NCBI RefSeq assembly: GCF_009914755.1
Contig: NC_060928.1
Length of the DNA: 64,000 bases
Strand: one strand, 5' to 3'
From: the human T2T-CHM13v2.0 reference genome, Homo sapiens
Under the pieces are notes generated by a model. It made no database searches and had not been told where the DNA came from. It saw only the letters and a list, made by a program, of their open reading frames with translations. The translations under genes were made by a program, and so were the position numbers. Positions within the stretch are counted from its first letter, which is position 1, and each line of letters opens with the position of its first letter. Positions 17,108 to 29,621 of the stretch are shown piece by piece.

Positions 17108-17853
17108 AAATTTTTATTAAGCACTTGCTATGTGCTAGCACTATTTAGGCACGGGGGTTATAATGGTAAATACAGCAGACAAAAATTATTTCCCTAGGAG
17201 AACTTACATTTAAATGTGGGAGACAGTCCAAAAGCAAAATATATATTATCTTATTGATAACTGCTAAGGAAAAAAAATAAAGTATAGAAGTGGGGATATG
17301 AAATGGGAAGGAGTGTTGAAATTTTAGATAAGATAACTAGGGAAGACATCATGCAGGTAACTTTTGAATAAAGACATAAAGGAAGAAAGTAAAGATATGA
17401 GACAGAAACATTATATTCTTATAATAGAACAAGAAAGGAGAGGGGAAGGGAGGTGGCATTGTGTGTGCAAGGAGTAGGCAATATACCAGTCTGGAAGTAA
17501 TTCACTTCTGCATATAACAATCAGTATTGGTTCTCACTATGGTTACAACACCGGTGCATTAGGACTCAGTATATGCACTAAGCCTGAACAATCCTTTGGT
17601 TTTAATTGGCAGGAAGGCTAAGGAGATGGCTTGTAGATTGAAGTAGAACAAAAAAGGCACTTTAACTAGTGTCAGATGGGAAATGAGAAAGCCACTTCAG
17701 CTGCTTTTGCTAATTTCAACGCTTACATCCAAATAAATGATAGAAGATACTCCATGAAATTATTATAATATGTAATTAGATAAGGAAGTAGGAAAAATAA
17801 AGCAAGTTAACTTGACAATCTGGAAGAGATTAATGAGTGTTAAGGAGAGATGA

Positions 17854-18788
<935 letters not shown>

Positions 18789-20305
18789 AGTGCGATTATT
18801 TTAAGAGGCAAACAAGAAGAACATCCTAAGAGTGAGGTGCCTGATAGTCTCATGCATCAGAAAAGTCCCATATATTTGACTTCAGCAGTTAAATTGTATT
18901 TTCCTGTTTTACCAAACCTTTTTAATTATCGTTTCTTGCTGTAGAAAAATCACATAAAATCTGCTCTTTGCTTAACAAATTACAGGGTCGCTTCTGATTT
19001 GTGTGCTCGAAATACTAGTCACCAAGCAGAAACTGATGACTGTGAGAATAGGCGACTAATTAACAAACAAACAAAAAAAGCCCTTTCTCAACATTGGATT
19101 GACCGAGTGAAAGTTGACAGGGGAAAGACACCTCGATTCAGCCATCTTTCTCCAACAGGTTGTACTGCTGACTGCACAGTGTCCCCTGAAGGACTCCGGT
19201 CGCTGTAGCCTTGGAGAGCGACCAGATTCCTCACCCCACTCAGGAGGAGCCAGGGCAAGATTAGGGTGCAGAGAAATCGGTTTCCTCCAGCCTCCTACCC
19301 CAGGGAAGAGGACCGAAGCCAGCCCCGGCCTCACGTGCATGCCCAGTCGGGAGGACGCCCTCAGTGGGAGAGCCCTGCTCAGGTTCTCCCCGAGGCCGAG
19401 GTGGTGGTGGGAGCGGGCGGTGGCCCCGGGATCAAAGGACCTCCGCCGGGTTAGCTTTGGCAGTGCCGCAGCCAACCCAGCAGGACGCTTATTTTCAAGC
19501 CTGGGGAACGTAGTTCCTCCCGCTTTCACAGCAGGATGGAGCCCGACGGCACCCCGGTTAAAGGGCCTTTCCAGAGCCCTCCGGGGAACGGAAGGCCGCG
19601 CTCCTCCGGGAGGGAGAACGACACACTCTTCGAGGAAATCCTGGGGCGGGCGCTCTCCTCGCTGCCGGGACCTTTGTTTCTAAGCTGGCCACAGCTAGAG
19701 CAGCCTTAAGTGTCCCAATGACACGCCTGCTATCGAGCGCCCTCCCGGCGGCCCCTCCTCAGCCAGCTGCCCAGCGGGCGTCCTCAGGTGTCCCCAAGAG
19801 GCGCAGGCCTAGTCGCCTACACGTCCTTTCCAACTTCGTCAGCTCTGGCTTCCCACCACCCCTCCCGGCTCTGCGGCGGCCCAGCCTCTTCTCCGGTTAA
19901 TTCCGGCCTGTGCGGCCCGGTCGTCCCGTAAAGAAGGCAAGCCCGGGTTCCGGGTGAGGGGTTGGTGGGTCAGGGTGGGAAAGCAAGGCAGCGGTGAGTC
20001 CTCTGCTAGCAGATCGGGCTCAATATCCCCATTCCCTGTTTTCTCCGGGCCCGCCCTCCGCCTCTCAGGCGGCCGCCATGAAGATCCTCTGCCGCGGCTG
20101 CAGCCGGTCTGCAAACACACGCCCACCCGCACGCTTAGCCTCGCTCGCCACAGAGGGAGGGGTGGAAAAGGCACTGAGCATGCTCGGTGGGGAGGGCGGG
20201 GCGCTCGTGGGCTGCGAGTCGGGGCCGGAGCTCTTCAGGCCGGCTCCCGCGCCTCCGCCGCCCGCCCGCTCGGAGCCGCGCCCGCCGCAGGCTGCGCCCG
20301 CCAGT

Positions 20306-20336
20306 CCCGCCCCGCCCCGCCCCGCCCCGCCCCCCG
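20306..20336. promoter_or_regulatory. (CCCCG)n array of overlapping GC boxes (Sp/KLF); G-quadruplex potential on - strand
   Basis: CCCGCCCCGCCCCGCCCCGCCCCGCCCCCCG about 185 nt upstream of the ATG. Confidence 0.8.
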
Positions 20337-20339
20337 CCG

Positions 20340-20520
20340 CTCGTCCCCGCCGCGGCCGCGCCGCCTGCAGCAGCACCAGCTGCTCCTCCCCGGCGGCCGC
20401 CCCCCGCGGGTCCCTCCCTGGCTGCGGGAGAGACGGAGGTAGAGGGAGGACACAGAGCCGCGCCGCCCGCACCACAGACCTTCGCCTCGCCCCGCCGGTT
20501 CCTCACCCTCGGGGAGCAAC
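20340..20520 (+). other. RAP1GDS1: Approximate 5' UTR part of exon 1 (TSS not determinable from sequence)
   Basis: Lies between the GC-box array and the ATG; in-frame TAG at 20440-20442 rules out a longer N-terminal extension in the main frame. Confidence 0.55.
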
Positions 20521-20524
20521 ATGG
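20521..20524 (+). CDS. RAP1GDS1: RAP1GDS1 coding exon 1 (ATG + G)
   Basis: GCAACATGG (A at -3, G at +4) followed by consensus donor GTAAGT at 20525-20530; joins exon 2 to give MDNLSDTLKK, the SmgGDS N-terminus. Confidence 0.95.
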
Positions 20525-22011
20525 GTAAGTCATCCTTCCTCCGCCGTCATCGCCTGACATTTTTTTCTTTCTCGGCGTGCTGCAGGGTGGGAAGCATTTC
20601 TCGCGCAAAGTTGCCGGATTTCTCCAGTCCCCGGGTGTGAGACGGTGGCTGTTCCTCCGGGGAGAGTCGGCGCACGCGGAACGCACGCCGGGTGCCGGGG
20701 CTGGGAGGGTCCCGAGCGCGGGCTGGGGTGGGGTCGGCCGCGGGCCGGACCGCCGCCCGGCTCCCCGGCACCTCGCAGCCTCGCCTCCCCTCCTCCATTC
20801 TTCCTGCCGGTGCCCGGGCACCACGGAGCCTGCCTCGCGGGCTCGCATCTGCAGCTCCATCCCCGTTTCTCCAGAGGCCGCCCGCTTCCTTTTCCCCCGC
20901 GTGTACTGAGCTCGAGGCTCGGGTCCGACCACTACCACTTCGTGTAACTTCCTTCTCTGTCAGTGCGACCTTTCCCCGTCGTGGAGACTCCTCATCCCGG
21001 GCGGGGAAGTGGAAGCAAGTAGTTTGTGAGGGAGATCTTACAACCTGCACGGAAATTATTTTCCAAGGGGGAGAGCGGACAGCCTCATAGGTTGAAAGGA
21101 TGACTTGTCAGAGGCCACGAGGAACGTGAGGCAGGATAGAGCCGCTAGCTGTTGAATTAGTGCTGGGTGACTACAGTGTGCAATATTCCCGTGCCCAGCC
21201 TATTTTCTGGATTCCTTCGTCCGTCTTCTGTAGCAGGAAACTGCGCCCTGTAACGTTGTTACCGAACTTACATGGTAGTTATTCTTTCCCAGCTTCCTCC
21301 TGTCTAATCTGCATAATCTGATTTTAGTTCCTTTGTATTTATAGTTAATCTGAAGAGATTGGTTTGGATGAGAGATTTAAGAGCAAATATGTTTTATAAA
21401 ACGATATATACATTTGACCTAATTTTTTTACATCATCTATTGCTTAACTGTTACATTCAGTAATCACAGAAACGTCTGATGAATGCTGTCATGTAATTAA
21501 GAGCTCAAAGTTTCTTTTAATAGTAGCGACTTGTACTAAGTTCCCCAGTTTGCTTCCACTCCTGTCTGTCATAATTTCCTCTTTTTAAAATTTGCTCCCT
21601 TGGCATCTGTCAGCTGGGACTTTTCCCACCCCTTCTGTGCGAGTTATTTAAAGCTTGAGATGAATGTGGTCCTTTCATCTGTTAATACAGTGCTCAACAC
21701 GTTCAGAGTTAGGTGGTGCAACTCAGAATCTTCAAGAAGTATCTAAACCTGGGAATGGTGTCCATAGAGTTTTCTGGAACAGCAAATGCTTCAGGCTTTG
21801 ATCCCGACCTTTGGCCATATATCTGGAAGAGGCCAGGGTTGACGGAGGAGGTGGTATGAATCAAAAAAGGTCTAGGGCTCTGAATTTTATTTTCAGTTGT
21901 TTTTTCTTTTTAACGTGAGTACTCGATATGCTGAACAAATTTCTGTAAAAATTGGGTGGCCCATTTATGCGTGTCTGCCTTTCTCTTAAAGTAGATTTTT
22001 AAATAGGTATT

Positions 22012-22193
22012 ATATCAGATTATTGGACAAGCTGTATATTTCCGTCGAACATACACACGTTTATGTGTGTTCCCTTTGAACATACACAGATAAAATACAC
22101 TTTGAAATAAAATTCCTTTGAACATACATACACAGATAAGTGTGTGTATGTTCAAAGGAAATATACAGTATGTCCAATAACCCTATCTGATAT
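22012..22193. repeat. Compound inverted repeat / hairpin
   Basis: Outer arms 22012-22058 and 22142-22193; inner 21-bp stem 22113-22133 / 22140-22160. Confidence 0.9.
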
Positions 22194-23087
22194 TGGACTG
22201 TAAGTTCAAGTTTGGCTTGCAAAATATATTTTCCCATGTTTCCAGGTGAGCCTTAAACAATCCATTTAACATTTTAGCTTACATGTTAAATCCGTACTTT
22301 TTCAGTGGAAAAAATCCAATTCCGTTACAACACTGGTGAATAAAAATACCTAAAAGAAATTATCTACTTAAAAATAATCTTCAAAATCTTGAGTGCTATT
22401 GCTTGATTTTTAAAAAGGGCCAAATAGAAACCTATCTCTCATTTTGAAGCCATCTCTGATACTCTTTGGTTAATCTGTCTCTTCATAAGCACTGTTTGTA
22501 CCTTGTTAGAAGCTTTTTAGCACTTACGTAATCTACCATATAATAAAGTTGTTTATGTGTGTGCTGTGCATTTAATCATGAGTCCCAGAAGATGAAAAGT
22601 GTCTTATTATTTTTTGTGTTCCCCACAGTGCTTTTCAAATAGAAATTCAGTAAATCTTTGGCAAATTGTTGAACTTAAAGCCACCTATTATTTTCAACTT
22701 TTGAACCTGAAGATATAGTCTTCATCTGAACAAACATTTGGGTTGGTACATATTATCTAGTTGGGGGATAAGCAGAAACAGAAAGGTATAATTGTACCAT
22801 GCCTCCCAGTACACTGTAGGTTGGTTTTGAGTCAACCTCAGGCAATCTATTTCCTTCTAAACTCTCTTCAATGGTAAGGCAGTTTCATGTATGATCAGTA
22901 GGTACATATGATAATTTAAAATTGAAACCTTGGGGAACAGTTTTATATCTGGGCCAAGGAAGTTAGTATAACAATTCATGTACACATAAGAAGGTAGAAG
23001 GTATACTGGTTAATGATGAGGGGAGGGAGAAGTGCTTTTTAATTTGTCTCAAGAAATAAATAAGGTTGATTTTTAAAGATAGTCTCA

Positions 23088-23372
<285 letters not shown>

Positions 23373-23469
23373 TCTCATGGCAATAATTTCCTACACAAGA
23401 GAGTGAAAGAAAAGTCCTATATAACTTTATGGCCATAGCTACTATTTTATGTATATGTCATATTTCAGA

Positions 23470-24950
23470 TTCAACATACATTTAGTGTTTGTTGGATATC
23501 AACTGTGCAGTGTACTGTACTACAGTGTACTGGGAGGACAAAGATAAAAAGATATTCATGTTTCACATTTATAATCTTAGCAGGAACAATATGACACATA
23601 CACAAATTATAATAGAAGTAAAAGTATAAGTTATATAAAAGACCTTTACATATATTATAGATTCAGAGAATGGAGAGAACGTTTTAGAGAAATGGTGTTA
23701 TTTGAACCAAAGGTGGGTTAAACTTCTTAAAGGTAGAAATGAGACTGTTAATCAGAATGGAGTTGGTCTGGGGTTGGAAGAGAAATGACATAAATGAAGA
23801 TAGATAGGAAACATTTTATGAATTTCCAGGATATGATTAAACAGCATTGTTTGGCTAGAGCAAAAGGTAAGGAAATAGTGGGTAACAGACATGAAAAAGT
23901 AGTACAGTAATAGCTAATGACCAGATAATGTAGGATCTAAAATGCCAAGCTGAAGAATTTTAATCTGACTTACCTATTGAGAGACCACTAAACATTTTTA
24001 TGTAGTTAAGTGATGGATCACATCTGTGGTATAGGAAAATTTGTCAGTTGAGTGCAGGATCGATTAGATGAGAAACTACAGAACACTTCAGAAGATTGTT
24101 GTTGGAGTTTGGACGAAAATGTTTAATGGCTTGAACCAGGTTATGGCAACGGGAATAGAATATTGCAAATAAAGAATAGGATTTACTTGGCAACCCATTG
24201 AGTATGGAATTGAGAGTCACAGGTTTTAGCCTGGGTGATAATGAGGATACGAGAATCTCCTGATACATATTCAGTTAACAGGAAGAGGAAACTTAGATAC
24301 TCAATTTTGGACCTATTGCATTAGACTTTTTGGTCTGTCCTTTAGTCTCTGCTCCTTGATAACAAGGACGTTGTCATATTAGGATTTGAATACATTTCTA
24401 ACACTAGTGTCTGGCACATAGTAGCTACATAGAAAAATTGTGTTGACTGACTGAAACTAGATAAAAAATAGTTGACAAACATTTATTTTAACTTTCGAGA
24501 GTACAATTTGAATTAGAGATCTGGAAGTTATCCACAAATATCCTGAGGTGATATTTGAAGTTAGATCAGAGGACAAGAGTCAACAAAGAAAAAGAGGAAA
24601 ATTGTTCATGGTAAGAATCTTGAGGAATGGGGTTCCTTAAGTTTTCCGTAGTTAGGGAAAAAGGAATGGTATGATTTCACACTGAAAAACACAGAAGTCA
24701 GAGTGAAAGACTAGAATTGGTATATGGTTGGTTTTAAGAAAGAGTGAATAGTTAATAAGGTCTGTTTTTTCAGAACAGTCAGGAGGGTGATAGGGACTGA
24801 GAACAGGCTCTAAGTGCTTTGGTTAGGATATTACCCAGTATATTTTTCTAAAAAGCCACTTTAAGAGGTTTAGTAGATATGGAGGTCAGTTGTAAAGGCT
24901 AAGTGAATAATAAGTGGAAACAGTTCACTAGGTATAGTCATGCTGTATTT
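23470..24950 (-). mobile_element. Degraded L2 fragments
   Basis: ATTCAACATACATTTAGTG start and purine-rich L2 reverse-complement motifs; boundaries approximate. Confidence 0.5.
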
Positions 24951-26061
24951 CTCACCTTGTTTAAAGATCTGTGAGAAAACATAGATTTTTAAAAATATTT
25001 TTAACTCACTCTGCATGACAGATATTACATTTTAGAAAATATTTTAAAATTTTAAATGTATTTTAATTTACAAATTAAAAAAATTATTTTAATGTTACAT
25101 TTTACATGGAAGGACATGTGCTGTTTTCATGTCTAAGGATAATTTTTAATTTCACCATAGTGCCTCACATTTCTCTGACATTTCATTTTTAATGTCTTTG
25201 TGACTTAGTATAGTACAATTTTTATTTTTATAATGTCTGTCATGCAGAGTGAGTCTAGAATGATTTTATAATTTTGCATGGCATTTTGCCTAAACAATAC
25301 TCTTTACTGATGAATGGTTTTATCACTTTTACTCTTAGACTTTGTGAATTTGAGACTTCTTTAGATTATAGGTATGCTTCTAATTATATTTTTAATTCCT
25401 GGAGTTGTAGTTTTCTCTGTAGATAGGTATCAAACTTATAGTCATTTTATTTTGCCTGTATTTCCAAGTCCAGGAATGGTTTTCATAGCTAAATAATAAA
25501 TACTAATTTTGCCTGATCTTTGCAAGTCTAGGCAGGGTGATAAAATATTTTTGAAAGCTGGTAATTACTAAAATTTATGATTTCAAAAAAGCATAGATGC
25601 TAGCTTGGTAAATTTAAAAATTTTTCTTATGTTGGCATTATATCTGTTTTGTATATGTCTTTTTTCATATGGGAGAAAGGTTGAATTCACTATCCTTGGT
25701 AGTCATATTCTGAAGTCTGTACTACTACTATTTGAAAAATTATAATAGCCTTAACTCTTTTTAAGAACCAAAATGATTTTGCTTTCATAGTGGAATCTTG
25801 GAATTTCTAGGTGACTTTGGGGAAATAGTGTGGATGCTCTCCAGAAATTCCTGATTGAACCTGAGATTGAACATAGCAATTCTGGAGTTATTGGTGGCAC
25901 TAACAACAGCCATCAGAATTACCTAAATTTTAATATCCAGTCATGAACATCAGGAGGAATGAAGGAGGAAGATTCAGTCCTTTGGGAACCTGATGTAATT
26001 TTAGATAGCCAAATGTTTGGATAACTGATAAGGAAAAAGTTTAATTTAAAATACATGTTGA

Positions 26062-26260
26062 TGTTGAGTTCAGTTTGCCAGTATTTTGTTGAGGATTTTT
26101 CTATTTATGTTTATTAAGGATATTAGCTTGTAGTTTCTTTTCTTGTAGTATCATTGTCTGGCTTTGGTATCAGGGTAATGCTGGCCTCATTAAATGAGTT
26201 TGGAAGTATTTCCCTTCATTGTTTGGAAAGAGTTTGAGGAGGATTGGTATTAGTTCCTTT
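26062..26260 (-). mobile_element. Inverted 5' segment of an old L1 (ORF2)
   Basis: Reverse strand encodes the decayed LPNSFxEASITLIPKP...KILNKILAN region. Confidence 0.85.
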
Positions 26261-27045
26261 TTTAAAATAATTTCAACTTTTAGTTTAGGTTCAGAGGGTA
26301 CATGTGCATGTTTTTTACATGGGCATGTTATGTGACACTTTGGAGTATGAATAATCCCATCACCCAGGGGTTTGGAGTATGAATAATCCCATCACCCAGG
26401 TAGTGTGCATGGTACCCAGTGGGTAGTTTTTCAGCCCTTGCCTCCCTCCATTTGTCCCCCTCTAGTAGTCCCCAGTATCTGTTGTTCCCATCTTTATGTC
26501 CATATGTACACCCAGTGCTTAGCTTCCGCTTATAAATGAGAACATGTGGTATTTGGATTTCTTGTTTCTATGTTAATTTGCTTAGGATAGTGGCCTCCAG
26601 CTCCATCCATGTTGCTGCAAAGGACATGATTTCATTCTTTTTTGTGGGTGCATAGTATTCCATGGTATATATGTGTCACATTTTCTTTATCCAATCCACT
26701 ATTGATAGGCACCTGGGTTGTTTTCATGTCTTTGTTATTGTGAATAGTGCTGCGATGAAGATCCAAGAGCATGTGCCTTTTTGGTAGCATGATTTATTTT
26801 TCTCTGGAAATATACCCAGTAATGGGATGGCTGGGTCAAATGGTAGTTCTGTTTTAAGTTCGTCGAGAAGTCTCCAAATTGCGTTCCACAGTGTCTGAAC
26901 TAATTTATATTTCCACTAACAGTGTAAAAACATTCTCTTTTCTCCACAGCCTTACAGCATCTGTTTTTTGTTTGTTTGTTTTTACTTTTTAATAATAGCC
27001 ATTCTGACTGGTGTGAAATGGTGTCTCATTGTGGTTTGATTTGCA
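26261..27045 (-). mobile_element. L1 3' end (L1PA15-16/L1PB-like)
   Basis: ATAATTTCAACTTTTAGTTTAGGTTCAGAGGGTACATGTG terminus, 3' UTR and ORF2 end. Confidence 0.85.
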
Positions 27046-28589
27046 GTCTCATCACATTAAGAGGATCATACGTCATGATCAAGTGGGATTTATCCCTGGG
27101 ATGCAAGAATGGTTGAACATACACAAATCAATAAATGTGATACACCACGTTAACAGAATGAAGAACAAAAATCATACGATCATCTCAGTTGATGCAGAAA
27201 AAGCATTTGACAAAATTCAACATACTTTCATTTTTAAAACTCTCAACAAATTTGGTGTAGAATGAATATGCCTAAACATAGTAAAGGTCCTATATGACAA
27301 GCCCATAGCTAACATCATACTTAATGGTGAAAATCTGAAAAGTTTATCTCAGATTGAGAAAAAAAACAAGGATGCCCACTCTTGCCACTGCTATTTAAGA
27401 TAGTACTAGAAGTCCTAGCAGAGCAAATAGACAAGAAAAAGAAATTAAAAAGCATTCAAATTGGAGAGTAAAATGATCTGTTTAAAGATAGCATGGTCTT
27501 ATACATAGAAAGCCTTAAAGACTCCTTGAAAAAAAAGACAAAAACTATTAGTCCTAATAAATGAATTCAGTAAAGTTTCAGGATACAAAATCAGCATAGA
27601 AAAATCAGAAGCATTTCTATACACTAACAGCAAACTTTCTGAGGATGTAATCAAGAAAACAATCCTATTTACAGTAGCTGCAAAAATATAAAATATTTAG
27701 GAATAGATTTAACCAAGAAGGTGAAAGATCTCTATGCTGAAAACTGTAAGACATTGATGAAAGAATTTGAAAAATTAACAGATATCCCATATTCATAAAT
27801 TGGAAGAATTAATATTGTTACAATGTTCATAGTACTGAAAGTGATCTACAGATTCAATGTAATCCCTATCAAAATTCCAGTGAAACTTTTCACAGAAATA
27901 GCAAAACAATTCTAAAATTTGTATGGAACCACAAAAGATCTGAATAGCCAGAATAATCTTGAGCAAGAAGAACAAGGCCAGGGGCATCACACTACATGCT
28001 TCAAGTCATGTTACAAAGCTGTAGTGATCAAAACAGTATGGTACTGGCATAAAAGCAGACACATAGATCAATGGAACAGAATAGAGAGGCCAGAAATAAA
28101 CCCAAGAATTTACAGTCAATTGATCTTCAAAAAAAAAAAAAAAAAAAAAGCCAAGGAAACACAATGGGGACAGGACAATCTCTTCAATAAACACTGTTGT
28201 TAAAACTAGATACCCACATACTGAAGAATGACATTGGATCCTTATTCATCCCATATACAAAAATCAGCTCAAAATGGGTCAGAGATTTAAACAAAAGATT
28301 TGAATTTGAAAAGCATAAGATGCGCGCAAGAAAATACTGGAGAGAAGCTCCATAAGATTGGTGTTGGCAATGATTTTTTGTTTATGGCACCAAAAGCACA
28401 GGCAACAAAAGCAAAAATAAACAAATGGGACTTCATCAAATTAATAAGTTTCTCTGTAGCAAAGGAAACAACAAAATGAAAAGGCAGCTTACATAATGAG
28501 GGGAAATATTTGCAAGCCGTATATCCGATTAGGGGTTAACACGTAAAAATAATCAGGAACTCATACAACTCAGTAGCTAAAATAAAATA
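27046..28589 (+). mobile_element. Old L1 (L1MA/PB-like) ORF2 RT-region segment, decayed and 3'-truncated
   Basis: ORF track [20 protein letters not shown]...[11 protein letters not shown] and [14 protein letters not shown]; many stops and frameshifts. Confidence 0.9.
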
Positions 28590-28595
28590 AAAATA

Positions 28596-28829
28596 CAGGT
28601 TGAGGATCCCTAATTCAAAATCTGAAATGCTTCAAAATCTGAAACTTTTTGAATGCTGACATGACACTCAAAGGAAATGCACATTGCAGCATTTGGATTT
28701 TTGGTTTCAGATTTTTGGATTAGGGATGTTAAACCAGTTAGTATCATGCATGTATTCCAAAATCTGAATAATTTCAAAATCTGAAACACTTCTGGTCTAA
28801 AGCATTTTGCATAAGGGATACTCAATCTG
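28596..28829. mobile_element. Tigger4a (MER46A)-like MITE
   Basis: TA-CAGGTTGAGGATCCC ... GGGATACTCAATCTG-TA, ~234 bp. Confidence 0.85.
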
Positions 28830-28876
28830 TATTTACCTAGATGTAAATAATAAATGAATATATTAGAATAGGTTAT

Positions 28877-29242
28877 TGTCTCAGTCCATTTTGTGCTGCT
28901 ATGACAGAATACTGCAGACTGGGTAATATATAAAGAACAGAAATTTATTCTATCAGAGTTCTGGAGTCTGGTAACTACAAGATCAAAGTGCCTGCAGGTT
29001 TGGTCTTTGGTTTCAAGATGAGGCCTAGTTGCTGTGTCCTCCAAAGAGGAGAAACCTTGTGCCCTCACACAACAGAAAAGCAAAAGAGAAAATCCACTCT
29101 GGTAAGCTCTTTTTATAATGCCATTAATCTATTTATGAGGGCAGAGCCATCATAACCTAAACACCTCCCATTACCTTCCAGTACTGTTGTGTTTAAGTTT
29201 CAACATGAGTTTTGGAGGGGACAAAAACATTCAAACCATATA
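28877..29242 (-). mobile_element. MST/MLT1A-type MaLR LTR
   Basis: TGTCTCAGTCCATTTTGTGCTGCTAT...GGGGACAAAAACATTCAAACCATA. Confidence 0.8.
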
Positions 29243-29621
29243 GTTATAAAGACTATTTCAGTTATAAAAGCCTGTGATTCCTTGAAACTGAAGTTTGAAA
29301 TATACTCCATATCATTGGTATCTTAAATATAACCTCTATATAACTTGTTTTTCTTTAGTGTTCAAATGGTAATGTATACTTGAGGTAGCAACTTAAGGGT
29401 TTGAACCAACTTTAGCTTTGTCTGAATAAATGACCTAAAAAAACATTTCTCAAGCTGGCTAAGATATGGATGCTGGATTCAAATTGCAGGTGAAATAATT
29501 CTCTCAGTGCTTCTATTTATATAGCTTTTGTAACTAGAAGCATTTCAGGAGTTAAAACCAAGGACTAGGTTAGTGATAAATGGAAGTGGTTAAATTGAGC
29601 TCTTAGCTATGATTGGCTGTA

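Larger units (their letters stand above)
19190..21010. promoter_or_regulatory. RAP1GDS1: CpG island / promoter of RAP1GDS1
   Basis: Abrupt switch to very GC- and CpG-rich sequence spanning exon 1; no TATA box evident. Confidence 0.95.

Noticed and set aside
20597-20609. TTTCTCGCGCAAA as a BANP/ZBTB33 (TCTCGCGAGA) or E2F site
   Set aside because: Two mismatches to the palindrome and an imperfect E2F match; not supportable from sequence alone.
19056-21090. Many long overlapping ORFs (100-267 aa) on both strands of the CpG island
   Set aside because: Expected from stop-codon scarcity in GC-rich DNA; low-complexity Pro/Arg/Gly/Ala products with no recognisable domain. The frame of the real ATG is closed by TAG at 20440-20442.
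22040-22160. Repeated GAACATACA units resembling a CRISPR-like repeat-spacer array
   Set aside because: Eukaryotic intron, irregular spacing, mixed orientation and no cas genes; better explained by template switching.
28610-29083. 157-aa ORF on - strand
   Set aside because: Chance read-through across an MST-type LTR and a Tigger4a MITE.
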